A stretch of DNA of 64,000 nucleotides from Octopus vulgaris (lineage: Eukaryota), in the NCBI GenBank assembly GCA_951406725.2, contig OX597830.1:78988001-79052000 (forward strand). The letters run 5' to 3'. The first letter of the stretch is position 1; the number at the start of each line of letters is the position of its first letter. This document shows positions 53,001-64,000 of the stretch, piece by piece. The notes below the pieces were generated by a model. It was not told the origin of the DNA and searched no databases. It saw only the letters and a program-made list of their open reading frames with translations. A program made the translations under genes and the position numbers.

Positions 53001-53621
53001 CTGCGTGTATACGAATATATTATAAATATGAAAGTGACATCCGAAAAGCATGTTGAAAAATATCTTCAAGGTGAGACATCGTACCACAATTACTTTTTGG
53101 TTACCTTCCTAATCTTTTAGAGGGGAAAATATCAATATTCCCTGTAGTGGTGTGTAAATTAAGAGTGTGTGTGTGCCTTTTTGGTTCGTTTATTTATTTT
53201 TGTGAACTATTCTCTTCATTAATAAATAAATAAACAACTTCAATTTCTTTTTTCTTCACACTGTTTGTTGCATCACCGTCATTTTTACGTTCGGAGTTCA
53301 GATCCCACTGAGGTTAACTTTGCCTTTCATCTCTTCGGGGGTTGATAGAATAAAGTACTAGTCAAATACTGCAGTCGATGTAATCGACTTGTTTCCCTTC
53401 AAACTAAAATTACTGGCCTTGGTCCCTGCAGCGCGCCAACTTCCTGTTCTGATTAGAATGTTGTGATCTCGGCTTCCTCAAACGCCATGGAATCCGAGCA
53501 ACCGGCTTCATGAGTCCTAGGGTTAAAGACTTTTTTTTTTTTTTTTTTTAATTGTCATACCGTGGTGAGAAATGTTTTAAACATTTTCTTCTATCATCAA
53601 TTCCGGCCAGATTCTCTGGCC

Positions 53622-53849
53622 GGTACTACTTAAGAAGAGTGGTCCCGGTGCGCGCACTCGCGCATCCGCGTTAGCTAGTCGTGACTAGTCGATCCTTAAT
53701 TTGTGTTTTTGTGTTTTATTTACTTTGTGTAAAAAGATTATTTTGTTTTATTTACTTTGCTAGGTAGTCGTTGTAGGATCGACTAGTCACGACTAGATAG
53801 CGCGGACGCGCGAGTGCGCGCACCGGGACCACTCTTCTTAAGTGGTACC
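53622..53849. mobile_element. Merlin-like MITE, same family as 50522-51176, opposite orientation
   Basis: TIRs GGTACTACTTAAGAAGAGTGGTCCCGG; perfect 9-bp TSD TCTCTGGCC. Confidence 0.9.
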
Positions 53850-54329
53850 TCTCTGGCCATGCTGTGGCACCAAACAAAAACTATTGTACAAAATCAAATG
53901 TAATAAAATGTTTCCTACAATTAATATGTGGGTAGTGTATAGTTTACTTTATAACTGGGTAGTTAATTCAGAATTAATCATTCAGTGCATTTTGTAAGGG
54001 GTTTGGAATGTTCCCATTGGTCCACTATCAGTATTAAAAAAGGTAGTTGCTGTTTATTCAGCTCCGGGTCAGCCCTGATCCAACAGATCCATAAACAAAC
54101 ATATTCCATCAGTGACTGTACCGTCTTTATTTTCAGACATTATATATGTAGGGTTACATTATATAATGTACCCTTCTCTTTTTTTTTTATTGTTAAGATA
54201 ATAGGTTCTGTGATTTGATGGAGATTAGCTATTATTTCTAGCAGGTTGAACGACCAAATTGAGGTTGTTCCTTCATTGGCTCATAATATAAATATAGAAG
54301 TCGTTATTGTTTATCATTGGTCAGATATC

Positions 54330-54575
54330 TGGCACCTTGCTGTACTCGAGGAAACCATTCTGCCACAGCAGAATTGATACCCCGGTGCTGGTGATTCCAC
54401 ATAAAAAGCACCCAGTACACTCTGTAAAATGGTTGGTATTAGGAAGGGCATCCAGCCGTAAAACCCATGTCAATGGACAATGGAGCCTGGTGCAGCCTCT
54501 GACCTTTCCAGCTCCAGTGAAACCATCCAGCCCATGCCAGCATGGAAAACGGACATTAAATGATGATGATGATGA
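54330..54575 (+). mobile_element. SINE-like family D with (GAT)n tail (also - at ~57686-57797 and ~58512-58820)
   Basis: Shared TTAGGAAGGGCATCCAG..CCCATGC.AGCATGGAAA..GGAC.TTAAA.GATGATGAT sequence. Confidence 0.65.
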
Positions 54576-55188
54576 GTATTGAACAAGACCAGTGATCAAG
54601 ACAGCTCCAATGATAATTGTTCCATCTCATCATCACCATCATTTAACATCTGATTTTCATGCTGGCATGATCCCTGGAGAGGGCTGCTCAGTCACCTGAG
54701 GTGCTGCTGATTCTCTCCATTGCCATATTTTAGAACAGAAGCAACCAATATCCCAAGTCACCTATGTGCAGTTCTGCAATTATCTACTTCCAGCTGGCCA
54801 TGCTTGTATGTCCCACTACTTTATGTCACTTTAGGATTTTGTGAGAGATCTAGAGAGCCTTTTCCAAATTTTTGTGCATGAAAATTTGTTGTAGTGAGAA
54901 TTATGCCCACTTTTCAGATAGAACACTTTTCATCTCAGATGACTGTCCCTACCAGCACTAAACACTTCATCCCAATCCTCTCTGTAGGTAACAATACACA
55001 GAAACACGTATGAACATAATGAAATGCACCGATAATTACTAGAATAAAAGATGAATTTATAATCAGGGTAGCAGGTTTCAAAGAAGTTCTCCATATACTT
55101 TTGTGTGTACATGTATGTTTGCTTGCTTGTTTGTTCTGGTACCTGTGACACAATTTTATGTAATGAAATATTGTCTATATTTCCACAG

Positions 55189-55222
55189 ATACCTGCTACA
55201 CAATGAACAACTTGTACAAAAG
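55189..55222 (+). CDS. NCBP2AS2: NCBP2AS2-like, coding exon 2 (R)YLLHNEQLVQK
   Basis: Acceptor TTTCCACAG, donor GTAAGT; 34 nt, phase-compatible with exons 1 and 3. Confidence 0.88.
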
Positions 55223-55344
55223 GTAAGTAGATTCTTGCAATCTTGTTTCTATTTTTACATCCCATCAAGGTGGTGCTCCAGCATGGCCACTGAAACTAGT
55301 AAAGGGATAAAGGAATCAACACTGCTTTCAAAATGTGCTTTGTT

Positions 55345-55735
55345 CATTCTCTTTACTCTCTTTTGCTTGTTTCAGTCATTTGACTGTGGCCATACTGGAG
55401 CCACTGCCTTTAATCGATCAAATCGACCCCAGGACTTATTCTTTGTAAGCCTAATTCTTATTCTATTGGCCTCTTTTGCTGAACCACTGATGGGGACGTA
55501 AACACACCAGCATCAGTTATCAAGTGATGTTGGGGGGACAAACACAGATACAAACTTATATACACACATACATATATATACATATATACGATGGGCTTCT
55601 TTCAGTTTCCTTTCTACCAAATCCACTCACAAGGCTTTGGTCGGCCCGGGGCTATAGTAGAAGACACTTGCCCTAGGTGCCACGCAGTGGGACTGAACCC
55701 GGAACCATTTGGTTCGTAAGCAAGTTACTTACCAC
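55345..55735 (-). mobile_element. SINE family A (intronic)
   Basis: Reverse-complement match to family A. Confidence 0.85.
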
Positions 55736-55998
55736 AATCCTTTTTTCCATGTAAGCATGAGTTAGATGACTACATTATAGAGACATTGTTTTACAGCCAG
55801 ATGCCTTTCTTGTTGCTAACCATTACCTATTTTACAAATAAGGGTCTCGTTTTGCATGTTTTTGTTGACACGAAGTGTACAGAGGATTTTTTTGATAGAA
55901 GTGACAACACTGTTTTTGTCGGGCACAAATCTAAAGAAACGAACACACACACACACTCACGCATATGGCACCTTAGGCAAGTATCTTCTACTATATAT

Positions 55999-56220
55999 GT
56001 TTCTTTATTACCCACAAGGGGTTAAACGCAGAGAGGACAAACAAGGACAGGCAAACGGATTAAATCGATTACATCGACCCCAGTGCGTAACTGGTACTTA
56101 TTTAATCGACCCAGAGGCAAAGTTGACCTTGGCGGAATTTGAACTCAAAACGTAACGGCAGACGAAATACCGATAAGCATTGCGTCTGGCGTGTTAACGG
56201 TTCTGCCAGCTCGCCGCCCT
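55999..56220 (-). mobile_element. SINE family B nested in a family A fragment
   Basis: Flanked by 15-bp TSD TCTTCTACTATATAT (55984-55998 / 56222-56236). Confidence 0.85.
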
Positions 56221-56685
56221 GTCTTCTACTATATATATCCTTGGGTCAACCAAAGCCTTGTAAGTGGATAGGATTTGGTAGATAGAAACTGAAAGAAGCT
56301 GGTGTATATATGTAAGCGTGTGTGTGTGTACTAATTACTGTACTAATTCTTTGACATCGCATGACAGTTGTATAGCAAGTGTCACCATCATTCAAGCAGT
56401 ATCCTTTATTCCCAGTCTTCCCTGTAAACATGTCTGATTAGGAGGAAATATTACTTTACCTCAACAGATTCCATCTGATCCGTGCAAGTATGGACAAGTG
56501 GATGCTAAAACGATGACAGTGATGATTTTGATATATGTGACAGACTTTGTACAGTTTCTGACCACCAAGTTGAGACAACCCTAGTCGTCTCGATATAAAG
56601 CACTGTTTATTGTCATCCAACCCATCAAGATGATTCACTCATGTGATGTTTTCCATGCCCACTATAGTAGGATTATTTAAGCTTA

Positions 56686-57141
56686 CTGAAAATCTTCGAG
56701 TATAATCCGCATTTTTTTTCCCAAAATTTAAAGGTCAAAATCCCTAGTGCATACTATTATACGAGGTTAAAAATGAAAAATACTTTCTAAGCAATGTCCG
56801 AGTCTCTATTTGCTGTCCGGCAATGTTTATTCAGACGCATTTTGTGATGTCGGACACGAAAATACCTTAAGCTAAGCCTGAAAGCAATAAAGTTATAAAA
56901 GAATCATCCATAACTTGCAGTAAGAAACATTTATTAAAATAAAAGTATTCGGAAATAAATGAAAGTGAATCTTCTGATGTTGACTATGAATCTGACGATG
57001 ACGGAGATATATAGACCTCCTTGACTCAAGTTAGAGAAGGGGTGCGTATTATACACAAGGTTTAGGTTTTTCAGAGGTACAGCCCCCTATAAAAAACCTG
57101 CATATTATACTCAAGGGCAGAGTATACTCGAGGATTTACGG
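56686..57141. mobile_element. Tc2/pogo-like MITE
   Basis: TA flanks; imperfect TIRs CTGAAAATCTTCGAGTATA / TATACTCGAGGATTTACGG. Confidence 0.7.
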
Positions 57142-59255
57142 TACATTGATTCGTCTGGAGAGAAAAAACACATTATGGACTCCACCAGGTGATATAGATA
57201 TACATCTACCCATTGTTGTGGATTGGCTCTCTTTTTTTTTTTTCGCCTTAGCACACTTACTGTGGTACAGACAGTTCATTTCTGCCTCGTGAGAAAATTG
57301 GAGTTACAATTCGCCACTTTGCACTTCAGTTTTGAATTGTTGCTATATTAAGTTCGTTCGTTTTGTAAAGTTATATCCTGAATACAATATTACTTGTCTT
57401 ACTTCATAAAACAAATTCACTGAAAGGTTTTGGTCGGCTCTGTGCTATAGTCAAAGTCACTTCCCCAAAGTATCACACAGTGGGACTGAACCCAAAGCCT
57501 CATTGGTGTAAACCCAAGCTTGCATCCATCTGTTGTAGACGTAAATATTGTATGTAATCTTAACCGCGTGGTTGTTACTTCACACAACAGAATCTAGTAG
57601 ATGTAAATATTGAGTAGAAAGTCTCATTTCTGAAAACGAGGTTGACAGACGGAAAGCTGATGTCTTTTATTAATACAACCTGTTATATCATCATCGTTTA
57701 ATGTCCGTTTTCCATGCTAGCATGGGTTGGACGGTTCAACCGGGGTCTGGGAAGCCAGGAGGCTGCACCAGGCTTTAGTCTGATTTGGCAGTGTTTCTTT
57801 TGTTACTGTATTTCTGTTGAAATACCCTGACTTTGTTTTTCAACTTATTTTTAAAACAAAGAAGAATTTAGTGAAATATCTTTGTTATTATTAATGGCGG
57901 CCATCCGTTGTAAGATTTCAGACCATGATTAAAGGGAGACAACTTAGGATAAGATGCTTCCTGCTACAGCATTTCGTCCTACAATTGTTTCTTCCTCTCT
58001 TCTCGTTCACGCTCTGCCTCTTATATCCTGCAAAAAAAGAAATGCCATTGAGTATTTACCTTTATCTCGCTCAGTTCCACCGTTCATCTCAACTGTTGAC
58101 ATAACTACAGATATGCGCCATCCTCCCAGAGCTAGACAGATAATTCGCGCTTCTAAACGTCGAAGTATGAATTACCGAACCCATTCCTGTGACTTAACGG
58201 TTCAGCAAAAGAGACAATAGAATAAATATTAGGCTTTAAGGGAAAAAATCCCGTGGTCGGTTCGTTCAGCTAAAATTCTCCAAAATGATGCCCTAGCATG
58301 GCCACAGTCTAATTAATGACTGAAACAAATGATATACGATTAAAGATCCCAGTATTTTTTCTCTCAATAAATTCCAACATGATCTTAATCTACATCGTCT
58401 GAAAATTGTAGAAAATTTCATTAAAAAATATCCAATTTTCAGAAAGTTATGGACGAAACAAACCAAAGTGAATGAATTATCAGAAACTTCTTTCCACTAA
58501 ACTCCTTCCCTCATCATCATCATCGTTTAACGTCCGCTTTCCATGCTAGCATGGGTTGGACGATTTGCCTGAGGACTGGCGAACCAGATGGCTGCACCAG
58601 GCTCCAATCTTCATATGGCAGAGTTTCTACACCTGGATGCCCTTCCTAATGCCAACCACTCTGAGAGTGTAGTGAGTGCTTTTATGTACCACCGGCACAA
58701 GGGCCAGTCGGGCAGTACTGGCAACGTGCCACCTGCACAGGAGCCAGTCCAGTGGCACTGGCAACGACCTCGCTCAAATGTTTTTTCACATGCCACTGGC
58801 ACAAGTACCAGTAAGGCAACCTCTATTTAAAAAAACTTTTCTCTACAAATTCCAGTATAACCTCAACTCTTTAGTGTTTAAACCAATCAAAATATCCGAC
58901 CAGTTTTATGTTAAAACAGGCTAGATCCAGCCTCTCACACCTACCCTACAATGTCATTAAAAAGATAAAGTCAGATCACCAAAAGCTTGAAGCTATGAAA
59001 CAATGCATGATTAATTCAAAACAATGTGAATATATTAGCATTACATTTGATAGAGTCATCTAAACCGTAAATGGTTCTACACTATCTAAAATGTATCTTT
59101 GGAAAATTTCATTAAAAAATTATGCATTTTCCAGAAAGTTATAAAGCAACAAAGTCAGTGATGTACTAAAGTATAGATATACCCACTGTCATATTATTTT
59201 GTATGTACTTATTTTCTAGTATCTCTCTTTTTTTTTTTTTTTTTTTTTTTACCAG

Positions 59256-59328
59256 CTATCGGAGAGCTATCCTATACGACGCAGCGCCCAGTTAGTTGCC
59301 TATATCTTCCTGAGAGGAAAAGAGAAAG
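59256..59328 (+). CDS. NCBP2AS2: NCBP2AS2-like, coding exon 3 LSESYPIRRSAQLVAYIFLRGKEK(G)
   Basis: Long polypyrimidine tract plus CAG; donor GTCAGC; matches the family motif LSES.PIRR.AQL.A (human LSESRPIRRAAQLTA, recalled). Confidence 0.92.
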
Positions 59329-59436
59329 GTCAGCTGCAACTTTGTTTAATCAGATAAATTAAATCTGTGCAAATTAACGACACATTACACTACACTAGAT
59401 AACATTAATTGTCTTGTTATAAATCTACCATCATCA

Positions 59437-59467
<31 letters not shown>

Positions 59468-59469
<2 letters not shown>

Positions 59470-60125
59470 GGCAAGCTGGTGGAATCATTAACATACTGGG
59501 TGAAATGCTAATTGGTATTTCATCCGTCTTTACATTCTGAGTTCAAATTTTGCTGAGATTGACTTTCTTTTCATCCTTTCAGGGTGTGGGGGGGGGGGGG
59601 GGATAAATTAAGTACCAGTAAAACACTTGGGCCAATGTAATTGACTAGTCCCTTACTCCCAAATTTGAGGCCTTGTGCCTTTGGTAGAAAGAATTATTAT
59701 TACTATTATTATTATGGCGCTGAGCTGGCAGAATTGTTAGCACACCAGGTGAAATGCTTAGCATTATTTCATGTCTTCATGTTCTGAGTTCAAACTCTGC
59801 CAAGGTTAACTTTGCCTTTCACTCTTTCAGGGTAGATAAATTAAGTACCACTGAAACACTGAAGTCGATGTAATCGATTAGTTCCCTCTCCCAAAATTTC
59901 AGGCCTTGGCCTGAAGGATTATCATTATTATTAAGGCAGTGAGCTGGCAAAATCATTAGTGCGGAGAAAATGCTTAGCAGCATTTCATCTGACTTTTAAA
60001 TTCTGAGTTCAAAATCCACTGTGGTCAACTTTGCCTTTCATCCTTTCAGGGTCAATAAAATAAGAACCACTGGGATCAGTGTAATCCCCACTGAAATTTC
60101 AGGCCTTGTACCTGTAATAAAAAGG
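59468..60125 (+). mobile_element. Three consecutive diverged family B-related SINEs separated by (TTA)n
   Basis: Heads GAGCTGGCAGAA-like at ~59470, ~59717 and ~59935, each with the Meta-like core. Further copies on - at ~60500-60705 and ~63545-63695. Confidence 0.75.
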
Positions 60126-60129
60126 ATTA

Positions 60130-60490
60130 TTACCTCCACCTTAGCGAAGGTGGCGGTATTGTATTCAGTCACATTTGTTTGTTTGTCTGTGGACAAGATA
60201 TCTCAAAAATTGCTTGATGGATTTGGATGAAACTTTCAGGAATGTTTGGCCTCATGACTGGCATGAACTGATTAGATTTTGGGATAGATCCGGTACTGGA
60301 CAAGAATTATTTTTCTGGATTTTTTTTCTTAATTTTTAAGAGCAGTTGGGTTCATTTTGAGTATTCTCATTTGTGAAAGCAGCCGTGTTTTATTTCAGAT
60401 ATTCTCATTTTAAAAATCATCTCCAGCTAATCTTTGAGAGGACGTTGGTGTTGCCTTGGCAGAGGTTTGTGCTCTCTGAGTGCTCTTGTT
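60130..60490 (+). mobile_element. Helentron-derived DINE/HINE-like element
   Basis: Subterminal inverted repeat ACCTCCACC / GGCAGAGGT; (TTTG/TCTG) microsatellite near the 5' end; 3' hairpin then CTTGTT. Confidence 0.65.
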
Positions 60491-61096
60491 ATTATTGGTC
60501 TCAAATTTTGGTACAAGGCCAGCAATTTCGGAGGAAGGGTTAAGTCAATTACATCAACCCTAATGTTTCAATTGGTACTTATTTTATCAACCCTGTAAGG
60601 ATGTAAGGCAAAGTCAACCTCAGTAGAATCTGAAGCTAGAACATAAAGACAGACGAAATATTACTAAGCATTTTGCCCAGCATGCTGATAATTCTGCTGG
60701 CTCATACTATTATTATTACCAGCCATGTATTCTCATTCTATTTATAATTTTAATTGTGATGAACGGCATGGAGAAGATATTTGAAAAACAGGGGTTTTGA
60801 GAAAAAAAAATGAGTGGCTGTGTGGTAAGTAGCTTGCTTACGAACCACATGGTTCCGGGTTCAGTCCCACTGCATGGCACCTTGGGCAAGTGTCTTCTAC
60901 TATAGCATCAGGCCGACCAAAGCCTTGTAAGTGGATTTGGTAGACGGAAACTGAAAGAAGCCCGTCATATATATATATATATATGTATGTATGTATGTGT
61001 ATATGTTTGTGTATCTGTGTTTAATTCTGCCAGTTCATACTATTATTATTACCAGCCATGTATTCTCTCATTCTTTATATCATTTCTCTCTTTCAG

Positions 61097-61224
61097 GACT
61101 GGAAAGTATTGAAAAATTAAAAGACCACGATTCTGTTTCGCCAAAACGATTACAATCCTTCACAAAAACTTTCCAAGAGAAACTGCAGGAAGGCATCAGA
61201 GAATGGAAGCAAAAGAATCCATAA
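61097..61224 (+). CDS. NCBP2AS2: NCBP2AS2-like, terminal coding exon GLESIEKLK...IREWKQKNP*
   Basis: Acceptor TTTCTCTCTTTCAG; phase 1 fits exon 3; RLQSFTKTFQEKLQEG resembles the family C-terminal helix. Spliced product is 85 aa. Confidence 0.88.
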
Positions 61225-61309
61225 TTTTTTTATATAGTTTTGAAACCCAAAGCCTTTCGTATTTAATTAATATTTAGTTATTTCTACCATTATCAAATCA
61301 GAAGAACCA

Positions 61310-61315
61310 AATAAA
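61310..61315 (+). terminator. Candidate polyadenylation signal
   Basis: AATAAA 86 nt after the stop codon, followed by T/GT-rich sequence. Confidence 0.55.
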
Positions 61316-61604
61316 AATGCAAATGAAGTTTTTATATCTTTGTTTATAGTTTTTATTCATGCTTGTTGTTTAACCCCAGGTCAGCCTTGATTGAGCATAT
61401 GTATGGTAAACCTCAATCCAGCTGTAACCACATCATCATTTTATGCTTATATCTAAAACAGCATTATCCTACGCGTCCTTTCGTTATTGATTGACTGGTA
61501 TGATTTGGGGGGAGATTTGGCTGTTATTTCTAGCATGTAGGATGCTCACGTAAAGGAGCTTAACAAAAGCATTTCATACACTGGCGCTCCAGTTTCTGTA
61601 GAAA

Positions 61605-61860
61605 GAAGATAACTCGTGAAATACCTTTTGTACTTTGGGCAGACAATTCACCATGAGCCATTGATGCAGACCATCTTGACAGGTGTGATGGGGAAAAGAG
61701 AAAGATGTCAGTCAAAGACTGGTGAACTGAAGACTTCAATGAATGGATCAGAAACAAAAGCCTGGCTGGTTGTATGCATGCAGCACAACACAGAGGGGTC
61801 TGAAGGGTTTTGGCAAGTCGATCTCTGGACATAGAAATGCACCTGGCTGATGACATTAAG
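61605..61860 (+). mobile_element. RTE/BovB-like LINE C-terminal fragment
   Basis: LLYFGQTIHHEPLMQTILTGVMGKRERCQSKT resembles L.YFGH...L...IL.G...GKR.RGR. Confidence 0.6.
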
Positions 61861-62289
61861 TAAAAGAAATAAATTATTTAGGCCCAGGTGAGAAAAAAAA
61901 AAAAAGGTTATTTTAATTGTAAAAGGTAAGCTAAAGAGGATGGCAATGGATTAAGATTTGTTTTAATTCGAATTACAAGTTTCAGTATGTGGGATACTAT
62001 AAAATGCATACGTTAAAGAACAGGATTTACAAGCACACCCCACTAAAATTTTGGTGGAAGCAGGGAGCTCAAAGACAATTTGAATATCCTAGGTTTGCAC
62101 CCGCTAAGCAAATTTCGTTCCCCTACTTATGATAAAATGAAGAAAAATAATAATTTTAATTGTGATGAACGGCATGCGCGCCATTCAAACGTATTGGGGG
62201 AGACGTGTCGAGAAATACGATGGATGGCATACCTGAATGTGCTTCGTTCTTTACTAAGGCACAGCCATGTTTGAAGCAGTTATACCACT

Positions 62290-62540
62290 CCTGATACTTA
62301 TTCTGTTGGTCTCTCTTGCCACACCACTAAGTTACGGGAACGTAAACACACCCAGCAAGGGGAAAAAGCATAAACACACATATATACACGACAAGCTTCT
62401 TTCAGTTTCCTTCTGCCAAATCCACTCACAAGGCTTTGGTTGGCCTGAGGCTAGTAAAAGACACCTGCCCAATGTGCCACACAGTGGGACTGAACCCCGA
62501 ACTACATGGTTGGGCAGCGAGCTTCTTATCACACCGCCCA
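62290..62540 (-). mobile_element. Diverged SINE family A
   Basis: Reverse-complement similarity to the family A head and body. Confidence 0.7.
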
Positions 62541-63181
62541 CATTCCCCACATTAACTTTTACTGCAGCACCAACAGACGCAGTCATGATGTACCTTCATG
62601 TTGATAATAGCGTGACCTCGACACATCTTCTGAGGTACACCTTCCCTCTCTTAAAAGAACATTGTTGCACCCTCCTCCGTCTTCATACACTTCCACAAAA
62701 ATCTCTAAAAGTACTCTTTACTTGTATATTTTTATCTTATAAATAATTATGTGTAAGCAGTCAGCACCGTTGTTGCTTATAGTGGTAGTAGTGACAGTTG
62801 ATATTGTAATGATGGTGATCGCCGTGGTTGTGATAATTGTTGTATCGGTGTAGAGGTGTTGGTAACAGTATGATGATAGTGATAATGCTGGTGTGGGATG
62901 TTAGTTATGATAGTGTTGGTGGTGATGGAGACGGTGCCTGTGATGGCAGACAACGGTGATGATGATGTTGGCAATACGTTTCTCTGCCTATTACTGACCT
63001 CTACCTAAAAATACTTTTGTCTGCAACCCCATACAGATTATTTTTCTCCATTACATTCCTCCCAGTCTACCTTCTTTGTTTTTTTTCCATATCATTACAC
63101 TTCGTTTTCAGTCCCTTCTTAAATTCCTTTACTCTTGTTTACTTTTTTTTCTTCTTTGCAATTCACTTATTCCACTGCAAC

Positions 63182-63229
<48 letters not shown>

Positions 63230-64000
63230 ATAATAATATTAGGGAATAAATCCAAACTTACAGGGAAAAATTAGATTTAGGATTAAATCTAATTCAATAG
63301 TATAAATATATTATATTATATATTATATTATATTAAACTACAGATAAAACCCCTTTTAGGCAAATCAAACAGTGAAAAACATAAACCAAAACATAAAATT
63401 AATTTTAAAATATAAAAGTTAAAATTTAAAAAATTATTTAAATATTGTAATAAGTAATAATATTATTTGAAAATTGTTTTGCATACTTTTGGCACATTTA
63501 GCTTATAGTATAACTTTTTCCATTTTGAATATTCGATTATATCAGCTCCAGTGTCTCACTGGTACTTAATTTATCAACCCCGATAGGATGAAAGGCAAAG
63601 TCGACCTTGGTAGAATTTGAACTCAGAACGTACTGATGGACAAAATGCTAAACATTTTGCCCAGTGTGCTAACGATTCTTCCAGCTCACTGCCTTCTTAG
63701 GCATTTAATAAAACCAAGTGCACCAGTTATTACTCGTATAAATGTTTACTTTATAACCCAAGTATAAAAACAAGAGGTTTTGAATCACTTCTGTGTGCGT
63801 GTGTGAGGATGGATGGATGTGTGTATGTATGCATATATGCATGCACGTATGCACATATGGATGGATAGATGGATAGGTGAATGGAAGAAGAATTTGTGAG
63901 ACCTGTGATACTTCCACATTTCGAAATTATTTGTTTTGATATATAATTTATGAATGTTTTTACCACTGCTTCTTTGCGTTAAATATCTCAATTATGTCCT

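Overview
AT-rich, microsatellite-dense eukaryotic DNA, most likely an octopus or related cephalopod (inferred from the repeat content). Nearly all long ORFs in the track are simple-repeat artefacts. One host gene is recognisable: a 4-coding-exon, 85-aa NCBP2AS2 (KRASIM)-like microprotein gene on + (52474-61224), of which the ORF track shows only fragments. The rest is mobile DNA: a decayed maT/DD37D-like Tc1-mariner, a hATm-like transposon remnant, a compact LTR retrotransposon with Gypsy domain order but an unusual priming site and RNase H plus a deleted second copy, RTE LINE fragments, at least four SINE families, Helitron/Helentron derivatives, and Merlin-, hAT-, mariner- and Tc2/pogo-like MITEs. 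10033-24527 and 24628-38854 are two ~14.3-kb copies abutting a 100-N gap, probably two haplotypes assembled in tandem, which exposes structural polymorphisms. The most unusual signal is a set of short, mostly unrelated modules embedded in (TA)n tracts. They carry minimal type I hammerhead-ribozyme motifs, often as long palindromes, consistent with Penelope-like pLTR or retrozyme-type elements. All alignments were made by eye; no search or folding was run.
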